A stretch of DNA of 64,000 bases from Mytilus californianus (taxonomy: Eukaryota). The stretch covers positions 5,332,001 through 5,396,000 of the forward strand of contig NW_026262582.1 of NCBI RefSeq assembly GCF_021869535.1. The letters are read 5' to 3'. A program made the translations under genes and the position numbers. Below the pieces are notes generated by a model. It saw nothing but the letters and a program-made list of their open reading frames with translations, was not told the DNA's origin and did not search any database. Positions 1 through 12,109 of the stretch are shown piece after piece; the first letter of the stretch is position 1; every line of letters starts with the position of its first letter.

Positions 1-1239
1 TACCCTCCAATGTCATGAATATTGTGGCAAAGTGAAGTATTTTTTTATTTGTTTTTCAATTGAAAACAATCTATTAATTTCCATATTCAAAAGTAGAAGT
101 CCATAGACGTTTCAAATGTTCAAAATCTTGTATGGATGAAACCTTAATAAAACCTGTATACCAGTTAACAAATATAATTTACATAGATTCAACTATTATA
201 TTTCCATAAAGTCCTAATATTTCAGAATATTGAAGGGAATTTCCCTCATATTTATGATATCCATCTTGCTTCAAACACACACTATTAAAGTGAAGTAGGT
301 AGAAGTGCCCATTTGACACTGTAGGTCAAGGGCGTCTATAGGAAATTTATTTCTATTTTTATACTTTTACTATTAATTTTACATAAAGAGGATTGTTATT
401 TAAAATACATATATATGATGGTAACATGTATATATTTATGTAAGAAATCTGTAAAGAACCATTTGCTTCACACTTCGATTAAAGAATATAAGCATGGTCT
501 TTTGTAGAAATAAGGTTAATTTTTCGAACTACATTGGGCCATGATGTTGGATGCCATTCTTACAAATTAGAAATTTGATAACCAATTAAAAAAAAATCTT
601 AAAATTCATGTGAAGTGTTAATTGTTACCATAATTTTGTTAATGATGAACGTATTGTCCTGAGATATGCTTGTCAACTGATTATTCAGAACATTTTCAAA
701 ATATCCGGAGGTATTTGTTGTTATTCCAATTACTATGTTTTACATTAGAAAATCCGGTATAAAGCCAGCTCTGCCGTATTGAATTTAAAGTTTAGGAGGT
801 CGACTGAGTTTGAGAGGGAGTGACATTGATCATATATCGGTGGGTGACACTGACTTTTTCTGACATTTATTATTGTCTTGCCCTACCCATTATAGTAGGA
901 GGACATTATGTTTTCCAGTTTATGCGATCGTACGTTAAATCGTACTACCTGTATTAGGTTAAGTTTTGGTTTAAGATAGTGAAACATGCAATAGTGGTGA
1001 CATCAACTAAAAGCTTGATACAAATTTTCATTATGATTCGAATTTTTTAATTTTATTGATGTTAGATTATGGATTCACTGAACATGGAAATCTGATAGTG
1101 CGAGCAAAGCATGTCATCCTATGGACATATAGTCATGTTTCCATCATGAAAGAGGAATGCAAGATGAAATGAAATAATCGTAATATGAAATATCTAGAGA
1201 ATGGCAAAATCAACTAGTTTAACATAAAATAAAGTAATA

Positions 1240-2300
1240 AGTTTAAATGGCTTACCTTCTTTTCCATTTTTATTGAAATGGTGTTTTTTTTCAATCTTGA
1301 TTATGCCATTCAACTTCAGATACCTTTACTGTTACTATATCACGTATATTTTACGCATTGTTTCCATGTTTTGAAGGTAAATTGACTGAATTATATGTAA
1401 ATGATTTTATATAGTCTTGAGTTCCGTAAGGACGGAAGATGATAAGTGTTAGTACTTGAAACAACAATGGCAAGTTTGAAGTGGATGAAAACTTTAAAAC
1501 TGAAATCAACAATATGCTGTTTTTTTATGCCCCACCTACGATAAGAGAGGGGCATTATGTTTTTCGGTCTGTACGTCCGTTCGTTCGTCCGTCCGTCTGT
1601 CCCGCTTCAGGTTAAAGGTTTTGGTCAAGGTAGATTTTGATGAAGTTGAAGTCCAATCAACTTGAAACTTAGTACACATGTTCCCTTTGATATGATCTTT
1701 CTAATTTTAATGTCAAATTAAAGTTTTGACCCCATATTTCACGGTCCACTGAACATAGAAAATGATAGTGCGAGTGGGGCATCCGTGTACTATGGACATA
1801 TACTTGTTTAAATTTTATTTTGCAGTGCTAGGAAAGCAATCGAGAATAGCGAAACATTTAATAAGGAAATTAAAGATTTGTTGTTGTTAATTTCCTCCAT
1901 TTACTTTCGAATGAGTATCTCCATTTCCTTGAAATGACATTACTACTTGATATGAAGCATTAATTCAATACTCAAATTTTCAACAATCTTTCTCAGAAAT
2001 CTTCATTATCAATTTTTAGAATTTAGATGCTTGGGCATAGTACATACTATCTGAGCTCACAAAATGCGTTTACAGTTTCAGTTTTATCAGCTTCAAATGT
2101 TTAGCATAAAGTATAATAGTAAAAGTGTACAGAGGATATTTTTCGTAAGAACAGCTGTTTATGTTTGAATAGTTACAAATTGATGGCGGAAGATATCAAG
2201 GAGACATTAAAAACTCATAGGTAAAGAAAAACTGACCACGTCAAGGACAAAACGTAAAACTGACGGAAAGACAAAACAATATTGCATCAATAACTAACGA
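1240..2300 (-). promoter_or_regulatory. Putative promoter and non-coding first exon of cGLR paralog A (coding part presumably left of the window)
   Basis: Paralogous to 15810-16420 and 62580-63330. Minus-strand TATATAAA at 1413-1406 and donor AG|GTAAG at 1256/1255 are conserved with copy C. Confidence 0.55.
1521..1808 (+). mobile_element. HINE/DINE-1-like (Helentron-associated) element; older copies at about 870-1140 and 62195-62285
   Basis: 5' subterminal ATGCCCCAC with internal IR, (GTCC/GTTC)n microsatellite, 3' GTGGGGCAT plus a short stem-loop, T-rich insertion site; empty site in paralogs at about 15970 and 62880. Confidence 0.75.
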
Positions 2301-3034
2301 ATGAGCAATGCGTAGTTTACAAACTGGACAAGTGAAATAAAACATTGTGTGAATGACAGGGGTAATTATTGAATGTTACAATGTGGGAATGTCATTATCA
2401 ATTTTGTGTACGTTACTCAGTGTGTGTGTGTGTGTGTGTGTGTTTGACATAGTTAATTCCTGTATGTGCCACTGTGTACGTGGGGTAGTTATTTCTTGAA
2501 TGTTACACACTGTGATGGACGTTGGAAGTTCATGTATGTTTCACTGTGTGAAAGACATAGTTTATTCTGTGTTGATAAACGGTGTGAGTGATATGATTAT
2601 TTCTTGTATGTTATACTGTACGAGTGAAATAATTTTGTTTTTATGTTAGGGTGTGTATGGTGTGTGTTCGAAAAGGTTAACTAGACGAGTGCCTCAACTA
2701 GAGCAGGAAACGCTTCAAAATCAGCTACCATCACCCCCGGTTTTTTGTTCGGTTCGTGTTGCTTTTGTCCTTAGTTTTTCTATGTTGTGTTTTGTAGACT
2801 GTTGTTTGTCTTTTTATCATCGATATTCGTTTTTTGCAATGGTGTTGCCAGTTTGTCATTGACTTATGATTTTGAAGTTCTTTTGGTAATATTTCGCCTC
2901 TTTTTTAATTCTTTGTATTTTATAAATTTGTGAACATTACTCCTCTGCAACTGTTTGCCAAAAAATAGTCATATTTGGTATGTTGATAGCCTATAATCCA
3001 GATACTGTTGCAGGAAATGCATGGTAATGTGTAT

Positions 3035-3520
3035 TATAATTTTTTATTAACTGTGTATTTGCATTCAGGTGTCACAGGTCAAATTTATTCGTTCATTGTG
3101 TGTTAATTTACGTTTTTTGATTGAGTTAAGCCTTCCAATTGATATTTTATAGTGTGTTTTTCTATGTTGTACTATTGTTTCAGAAAAGGGAGAAGGTTTG
3201 GTACCATTAAAACGTTTAATCCCGCTGCAAATGTTTGCACCTGTCCTAAGTCAGGAATCTGATTACAGTAGTTGTCGTCTGTTTATGTAGTTCATACGTG
3301 TTTCTGGTTTCTCGTTTTTATATAGATTAGACTGTTGGTTTTCCGTTTGAATGGTTTTACACTAGTTATTTTTTGGGGCCCTTTATAGCTTGCTGTTCGG
3401 TGTGAGCCAATGCTCCGTGTTGAAGGCCGTACCTTGACCTATAATGGTTTACTTTTATAAATTGTAACTTGGATGGAGAGTTGTCTCATTGGCACTCATA
3501 CCACATCTTCCTATATCTAT
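3035..3520 (-). mobile_element. Young interspersed repeat, truncated form
   Basis: Near-identical to 8836-9328; absent from the paralogous position near 17800. Confidence 0.8.
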
Positions 3521-5932
3521 TGATCATCGTGATTTTTTATATGTAGATATAAGAATAATATAGAATTCAAATTGTATAATGTGGACGTGTTGTTATGTAA
3601 ATGTGATACTGTTCGCGTTGGATGAATAAGTGATGAACTATACAATTTACATTTTGTCAAAACAGTCTTTACATTAAACCACAAATTACTTCAGCTTGTT
3701 GGATGCACAATATAAATTACATTTGTTAATAAAACAAATTTCTCTCAATACAAAACATTTTACATGTGAAAAAAAAAAATCCTCTAAAACCAATGAATAC
3801 AATATGATTGTAGGTTTACTTAACTGATTTGAATCTTCTATAAAGGCGTAAGGTGCTGAGTTACATCGTCGACTGTTAGGATTAATACTTATAAACTCTA
3901 CATAGGGCTTATAATCGCTGAATATCACTTCAACGTAACATATTTAAAAGTTAATTGTAATTTTTGTTAATGCATGTTACAATTACGAATATTTATTTAT
4001 AGAGAAACAATGCTTACATTTTGTTATGTTTTCTAATAATTGTGTAATTAAATATACTATTACGTTTTTGTTATTTCTATTCGTAGCTTTAATCGTTATC
4101 ATTTGATAAAATGAAAAAAAAAACTAAAAACAAATTTTCGACGTAAAGTCTTTCATACAGAAGAAAATGTAGGTTTTTCCTAAAGCTTGTATTCGCTGAA
4201 TTTTGGTTTCTAATAATTCATATTTATTGAGCCTTATAAAAGTTTGAAATAATGCTTTTTTCAACGAACACGTGCCATTTGCTTCACACTTTGAATCGAT
4301 ATAATATATTTATTTCTATCGGGCAATGTGCGAACAGAAATAACACGCATATAAATAAAGGTTAGCTATATTTGTAGACTATGCAATATCAAATGAAAAT
4401 ATCCTTAGATATGTCTTAGAAATTGATTTAGGATGGTCTTATGACTTTGCTAAGAAAGGAACTATGATATATTACTTTTGAGCTATATTTAGACATTTAT
4501 AGTTTGGTGTAATTTAATGAAATAATATTGTTAAAAACTCAAAGTTCACTCATGTATCTTTAATAGTGTAAATTAAAGAAAGATTGAATGTTCATTTGTT
4601 AATGACATTTGCTTGAAATAAAATCAGAGTGAATTGGCTTTACCTCATTTTTGGATACATGTAGATAAACTCTGTTGATGAAGTCAACAAACCAAGAGGT
4701 ATTTTAGAATAATTTATAGTTTTTATTTCGGCATATTTATGTAGTATAAAGTGTTATGTCGTTCTTAAGACAAATATGAAACTATCCTAATTGTTAAAAC
4801 TAAATGCTAGGTTATATATTATCTTAAAAGGCATACTTAAATCTGACTTATGACTTAGATATGTCGTTAAAACTGTCTGATAATGTCCTCGTTCTAGGAC
4901 AATTCTTTTGACATATCTGCTGGTATCAAGCTTCCTTTTTTAATATTAATATTACTGTTTTAATGACAGTTTTGTTGGATACTCTAAGCGATCCACATTT
5001 TCACATTCTAACAATAGATTTTTCTTAAAAAAACGAATAATCGTACATTGTCAAGTATATACATTTATTTGTTCTCGTATTTCTTCCTGTTACTGAAGTA
5101 CATGTATGTCATATTTTATGATGATAAATCGATAGTGAATATGCATTCAATGCGTTTCTGATCTACAGCACACTTGTAAATCAATACTTTAAAAAAAAAG
5201 ACTGTTTTTAATCTCACTTAAATCTATCTGCCTCAATAAAACGAGAAAATGGTATAAATAAAGGCAACAGTAGTATACCTCTGTTAAAAAGTCATAAATC
5301 GATAAAGAGAAAACAAATTCGGGTTACAAACTAAAACCGAGGGAAACACATCAACTATAAGAGGAAAACAACAGAACAACAGAAACACTGAACTGCAACA
5401 AAAAGAAACGCTAACATACATAAAACGTTAATAAGACAGTAAACTAACGATAACAGATTATAAAAAAATTTCAGCAGAAAGTTTTAAACTATGAATAAAA
5501 ACAATGGTGTAATGTTTTAAGCCCTAAAAAGACACTGGGATAAACAATTTGTAATCTTTACCAAACAGAGATTTTTCTTTTTTCCAGAAACACCTAAACT
5601 AAATTCTTTTGAGAATAGATTTGTTTTTTAGTCAGGACTATGGGGACGTTCTTTTTGATTTGTAACCGAAGGGTCTAGAAAGATGGGGTCGTGGACGGAG
5701 GTTATGTCATATGTGTTCAAATGCTATTTTATATAATGAAGACCATTACTTATTCGAACGTAATCCTATACAAGTAAAAGTATCAGAAATCAATACATTC
5801 CTGTATTCAGTAAAATATCTCAGGTCAACAAAACTGAAAGGCTTCCTTCATTATGTAATATTAAGCTGCTAAATGTATCTTTAGTCGTTATAAAGTTAGT
5901 AAAAGTGATATAAAGTATACATGTTGTTATCA

Positions 5933-7331
5933 TATAAGTGGACTCAAATCCAAGGTGGGTTCCAGATCTATGGCAGATTCCTCATCTATGGTTAATATGA
6001 CGTCATGCAGACCCAAGTCTATTGCAGATTTTTTAGAGTCCTAATCTATGGCGGATTTCTAGTTTTCAAATCTATGATAGATTTTCTGAGAACCAGTCAG
6101 TACATATCTGACCAATGATTTCAAAGTTGCCTTAAACAAAAGGAAATGTCCAAAGGTAACGAAAAAGCTGCTTTTAAATTAAAGCCAGTATAAGTAAAAC
6201 GGATTAGAGGTACGAATAAGGATCATAAAACCAGGTTAAATCCACCATTTTCTACATAAGGAAATGTTTGTACCAAGTCAGGAATATAACAGTTGTTTTC
6301 TATTCGTTTGATGTGTTTAAGCTTTTGATTTTGCCATTTGATAAGGGGTTTTCCATTTTTAATTTTCCTTGGAGTTCGGAATTTTGTTATTTTACTTTTA
6401 ATCATAATCATTTTTGAAATAAACATTGAATAATGGTCAACCAACTCGTGATGACAACCATAAAATTGTCCTAGTAGGGAAGTGATACACACAAATACAG
6501 ACTTTACTTATAAGTATTTCCTACTCTGTGCATGGTACCTGGTTGACCCGGTAATTTACCCAAGTTCCTTAACAACCAAAACAAGTAGTTTGTATGGAAA
6601 GAATCAAACAGTTTGACTTTTTACCTTATATTTCTTTGAGCGTTTGAAGTGATGACGATTTAAGACAAAGTCCTGTAATGAACAATGATTCAAACAAGTG
6701 GATTTCTTAAAAAATCCCTATTTCTCCAACAGTACATTTATTCGACATAAATATAGCTGAACATAATGTAATTAGTCATCAGCAATCTATGACAGATTTT
6801 TTTTTGTCCAAATCTCAAGATAGATTATTTACAACAATAGTACAGGAAGTCGCTGTATTATAATATAACAAGGAGCGGAAACACAAACGAAACATGAACT
6901 CCGAAAACACCAAAAACATATTCATTTGCGTGAAATTGCCTGCACCAGCGGGTTTGCTGCTACGAATGACAATGGGTTTATTTTTATATCATCCAAATCA
7001 GATTAGTACATTTTCTCTTTTGTAGGTTTTTCCGTCACAGTAAACTCAAATTCTGAAATAAAATCTAATTCGAGGATAAGGGTCCTTGAAAACTGGCCTA
7101 TTCTTTTCCTTCTTTATAAAAAAAACCGGCATCGTTAGCGGCGACGTGGACATTATAGTTTACTCTTTTTTCCGGAAAATTACGTAATGTCAAAATCTGC
7201 CATAGATTTGGAAAAAAACAAAAACACTGCCATAGATTTGTGACTTGTTTGGCGTTTGTGACGTAAATTTACCATAGATTAGAAATTTGCCATATATCTG
7301 GAACCCACCATAGATTTCAGTCCTACATATA
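5933..7331 (+). mobile_element. Non-autonomous TIR/foldback element with reiterated AATCTATGGC subterminal motifs, (TA)-flanked
   Basis: Left end GGACTCAAATC..GGTTCCAGATCTATGGCAG and right end CCATAGATTTCAGTCCTACATATA are inverted. Ends and interior match the reverse complement of 57016-59078. Carries a nested repeat at about 6210-6400 that is also present at 26470-26735. Confidence 0.8.
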
Positions 7332-8630
7332 TTCTAGTTAAGGGTTATTTTGTTTCATGTTTTCTGGCTACATGTTTTCACATGTGTATTAACAAAGTGT
7401 TGTATATCTGAAAAAAGATCAAATCATATATATTCAGTTCTGTAACATTATGAAATGAATAGCTTTACCCCTTTTTTTTGGTTTTTGATCTCTACAATTT
7501 TAATTTTTTTTTCTTTCATTTTTTACAAAGAACATTTTGGTCATTGGGCTATCATTTTAACTAAACATGCATGAAATTAATTGGAACAAATCATTGAAAT
7601 TGATCAACGTTGTCTACAGTATATGCAATATTAGATAAGGTTAATGTTATAATCTGTGTTCATTCTACACTTTGAGATAACCCTTAATCCACAGTTTACA
7701 TGTCGTCCTAGACATAGGTAAAAAGTGCCAGTATATATTAGTTTTCGAAAATGTCTAGTCGACCCTGGGCTAGAAAAGTCAATTTTCACTTGTTTCAAGG
7801 CAGTCTTATTTATTTTCATTTGGTTAACAACTACGTTCAATCTTGCATTTTGTCTGGCAGAATACTCATTTTCATTCTGTCACGGAGAAGATTATATATG
7901 TTCTGTTCTAACCAGGTCACCATCAAAGGCAGTGATCTTGAAAGCTGGATGAAGAGTTGATAATTACATTGGCAATTTTTCTGAAAAATTATTTAGTAAC
8001 TAAGTCTAGAAAGACACTTTCCCTGTAAGCTCGCCACGCCCAACATCATTTCTTCTTTCACTTTGCTCAACTTTCTAGGGCGATATAGCAAAAAGGGTAA
8101 ACATTGGTTGAGGTAGCTGTAAACATAGTAAACGTTAGAAAGGAGGATGAAGTGTGTAAACTCTTTCACTAAAAAGGGGCGGGAGAAACCAATTTGAAAT
8201 TCAAAACTCTAACGTCGAAGGAAGAAAATGAAAACGCCATGTAAAAAAAAACGAAAAACGGAAAAGCGAAAAAAAAATATCCGCAACACTACAGATAAAA
8301 CTTTAGACTGAGCAAAATGAAACCTGCAAAAAATCGGCGTTTATCTTAGGTGCTTATGAGGTATTTTAAAACGATATAAGTATAGCTTTGACCTTCGATA
8401 TTTGGGTTCACGGTCATATTAGGTAAAGGTTATTTGTTTTAAGCACGTGTCGCACATACTGAAAATTAGCACGTACGTGTATATATTTCTAATACAGATT
8501 CGATAGCATTATATAATCATCTTGCTGGTCGGAGATATGCTGGAAATATCTATTGAAAATAATAAGCATCTCAATAATAAATAATGAAATAATAATAGCA
8601 TCGTGTTGTCGTCATAATGAAAGTTAATAT

Positions 8631-9328
8631 GGTCTTCCTTAACGGAAGATTTTATACACACAGAAGAAGAAGTATACTTAAAAACAAAATCATTTTCATT
8701 TACCTGTGTATAATATGACGCAGGTTTTTTCAAAAGTGATGATTTTCTAAATATTGTTTAACATTTCACAGTGGTATCATACTTTAACTTTGTTTAAACC
8801 TGTTTATTTACTTTTGACCTTAATTATTTATCCCTTATAATTTTTATTAACTATGTATTTGCATTCAGGTATCACAGATCAAATTTATTCGTTCATTGTG
8901 TGTTAATTTACGTTTTTGGATTGAGTTAAGCCTTCCAATTGATATTTTATAGTGTGTCTTTCTATGTTGTGATGTGATACTATTGTTTCAGAAAAGGGAG
9001 AAGGTTTGGTACCATTAAAACGTTTAATCCCGCTGCAAATGTTTGCACCTGTCCTAAGTCAGGAATCTGATGTGCAGTACTTGTCGTCTGTTTATGTAGT
9101 TCATACGTGTTTCTCGTTTCTCGTTTTTATATAGATTAGACTGTTGGTTTTCCCGTTTGAATGGTTTTACACTAGTAATTTTCGGGGCCCTTTATAGCTT
9201 GCTGTTCGGTGTGAGCTAATGCTCCGTGTTGAAGGCCGTACCTTGACCTATAATGGTTTACTTTTATAAATTGTTACTTGGATGGAGAGTTGTCTCATTG
9301 CACTCATACCACATCTTCCTATATCTAT
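8631..9328 (-). mobile_element. Young interspersed repeat, long (about 700 bp) form; possibly rolling-circle (Helitron/Helentron-derived) non-autonomous
   Basis: Near-identical by eye to 57386-58083 and, in part, 3035-3520. Minus-sense 5' end GGAAGATGTGGTATG, 3' end ATCTTCCGTTAAGGAAG hairpin; no TSD seen. Confidence 0.75.
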
Positions 9329-11391
9329 TGTCCCTAACCTTTTACTATCGTTTTTATCAGATACCAGTATTGTTTTATACGTTTCGTGTGCTCTGAAAGT
9401 GTTTGGTTGACACTAACTTCATTGTTTGATATAATATACGCAATGTATGTGGAAATGCATGTACATATGTTAATTTGATTATGTGTTTTCGTTGAAAGGA
9501 TTTTCCTGTTGCAATCTTGTACTCATTCTTTTATATTTGTCGTCTAAGTTTTTTTAAGCTATCCAAATTTTGTTGATCAGTCATAATTATATTCTTTTAA
9601 CTTGGAAATATTGTGCTTTTTCAACCATAGTGAATAATTATCAGGCAGTATCTTTGTTTGCTGACTAATCAACATCAGAATCCTAGTCGGTGTTATAGTC
9701 ATGATGTTTATAATCATTGATATGACTATCTATCAGTAGGTATCATAAACTTATGATAATTGGTTTGAATTATGACCGGTAAAGGATCTTTACAGAAGTT
9801 AAATTTGTGCATATCGTTTGAATCATATTCCTGAATGTAAAGTTCACATTTGCAGTGGGAAATCTAGTGACAAAATATTACCTCCCCTGTAAACACTGAA
9901 AACTAGATCTTTTCAATGTTTGTCCCATTTCAGCAAGGACGCTATCAATTATAAATTCACGGGAAAATGTTCTGGTCAAAACTTCCATTTAATGTTATCA
10001 TTTCCATCCTTAAATAGAAAACGACGAGTACAGCAGACTAAAGGAGCTTGGTGTCAAATTGGTTTAAAAAGTTGTTATGCAAATAAATTCCTGGAGTACC
10101 AACTTCAATTAATTTTTTTACTGGCTGTATACCTTTTTGGAACAAGCTTATTATCCGTATATATATACAGCTAGATCAGAGAAAGTCAGGAAAAAAATTC
10201 CAAAGAATCGATTGATATGCAGCAAAGATTGACACTTTTGAAATATAGTTACTATGCAAATTCAAACGGACCTTATCCCGATGTAAGCATCGAATGTGTA
10301 TAGATCGAGAAGACCGCAGATACATGTAAAAAACTACAGACGACCTTTTCTTAAGATTGTATAAAAAATAGGAAATAGATGCCTACTTTATAAAAATATT
10401 TATGTTTAATTTTTTAACCTGTACAGGTTATATTCATGAATAGACAATATTTCTATATTGAATTTTCATGTGATAAGAGGAGACCGGTGTACTCGAGGAC
10501 TTTGTGGGACACTCCAAAAATTGGTGACCCAAAAGATCTTTAGATTTTGTATGTACATAACTTTTTCAATTTTTCTTGATCAATATGCAGCAAAGATTGG
10601 CATTTTTTAGATTTCAGTTTCACAAGCTTCTAATGCAATAAATACTGAACATAAAACATCGTGTATTTGCATGTTTATTTCTAATAACACAGTTGAACAC
10701 AAAATTTCTTTAAAATGTACAATTGTTATTTAGAAATAACTTTTGATCAGTGTCGTCGATGGCATTGTTTTATTATTTATTTTCTCGACTCTATCATACG
10801 AAGAGGTAATTTTCTTGTGTTCTTTTTCACTAGATTCCCACTGTTTGTTAATAACATTGTGTACTTCGATCAGGAGAATGTTTAGAAAGTCAATTTTAAA
10901 GTCACTTATAAATTATCGAGCATCATCACATTGCTAAAATAGTCAAACTTAACATCTATTGTCCCAATAAAAGGACTTTAAGACTTTGGCCATGCTTCAT
11001 TATATTTTCCTCCTTTGAGACCTGTAGAATACATTAAGTAAAACATTATCCGTCCTCATTATCGTCTTTGCGAAATAAGATTTTCAAAATCCCATAGTCT
11101 GGATCATTTTTTACATATAAACAAGTCTATGTTTTATAAGTCAAAGAAAGATAAATCATATTAAAATGTTAAATTATGAACCCAATATTTTCCCTGCAAA
11201 TATGTTCACGGAACGCGGACCTATATTGTTTCTGCTCTCTCTCTCTCTCTTTCTCTCTCTCAGGCATGTCATGGTAACAGATGTTCATTTAACTGAATGT
11301 TAACATTTTGTATACTAGTATTTGTTTGTAGAAATACTGAATAACGATTTCTGTTGCGGCGATTTGTTGGATATTTTATATCTATCGTAAC

Positions 11392-11838
11392 TTAATAAAT
11401 TCATCATTACCAGGATTAAAATCTTGTACGCCAGACGCACGTTTCGTCTACAAAAACTCATCAGTGAGCCTAGAATCGAAAAAGGTAAAAAAGCCAAAAA
11501 AGTACGAAGTTGAAGAACATTGGGGACCCAATATCCAAAAGGTTTTGTAAAATACAGCTAAGGTAATATATTCCTGGGTAGAAAATCCTTAGTATTTCGA
11601 AAAATTCAAAGCTTAAAAATCAGTTGATTTATAATTATTACCATATCAATGATAATTCATGTCACCAAAGAAGTGATTACTACTGGGCTGGTGATATCCT
11701 TAGGGAGAAACATCCACCAGCGGTTAAATCTACCAAGTGGTTGTAACTTAACTCATCATAAATACCAGGATTAAAATTTTGTACGCCAGACTCGCCAGAC
11801 TCGCCTTTTGTCTACAAAAGACTCATCAGTGACACTTT
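11392..11838 (-). mobile_element. Retrozyme-like unit: 355-nt monomer bracketed by two type I hammerhead motifs
   Basis: CCAGGATTAAA recurs at 11410 and 11765. Minus strand CTGATGA-GT(C)TTTTGTAGAC-GAAA-CGTGCGTC at 11428-11468; a second, degenerate copy at about 11780-11835. Confidence 0.8.
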
Positions 11839-12109
11839 AAGGATGTAGTGTTTCATGTATGTTCGGAATGAATGAACAACAGGAGTTTTGGGTTGTATAA
11901 CAATTTTAGCAATTTAATGGTTTAAAGTTTAAAAAAATATATTTAAAAAATGGGTAGCAATATTTGTATTTCTTTAAAATGAATAGCTTAATTTCATATA
12001 GCATTTATTCCTGTGCATTATTATAAGTTTCTACTAGAATATCAATCGTTATATCTTTTTCCAATATTTCAAAAGATCAGTTTTTTTGTATCCTGACATG
12101 TGTAGTTAT

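Noticed and set aside
7751-7960. KGSDLES resembling the cGLR KGSDLD motif
   Set aside because: No preceding GSKAEG motif, no nucleotide similarity to copies B or C, and the wrong strand relative to the cluster; treated as chance.
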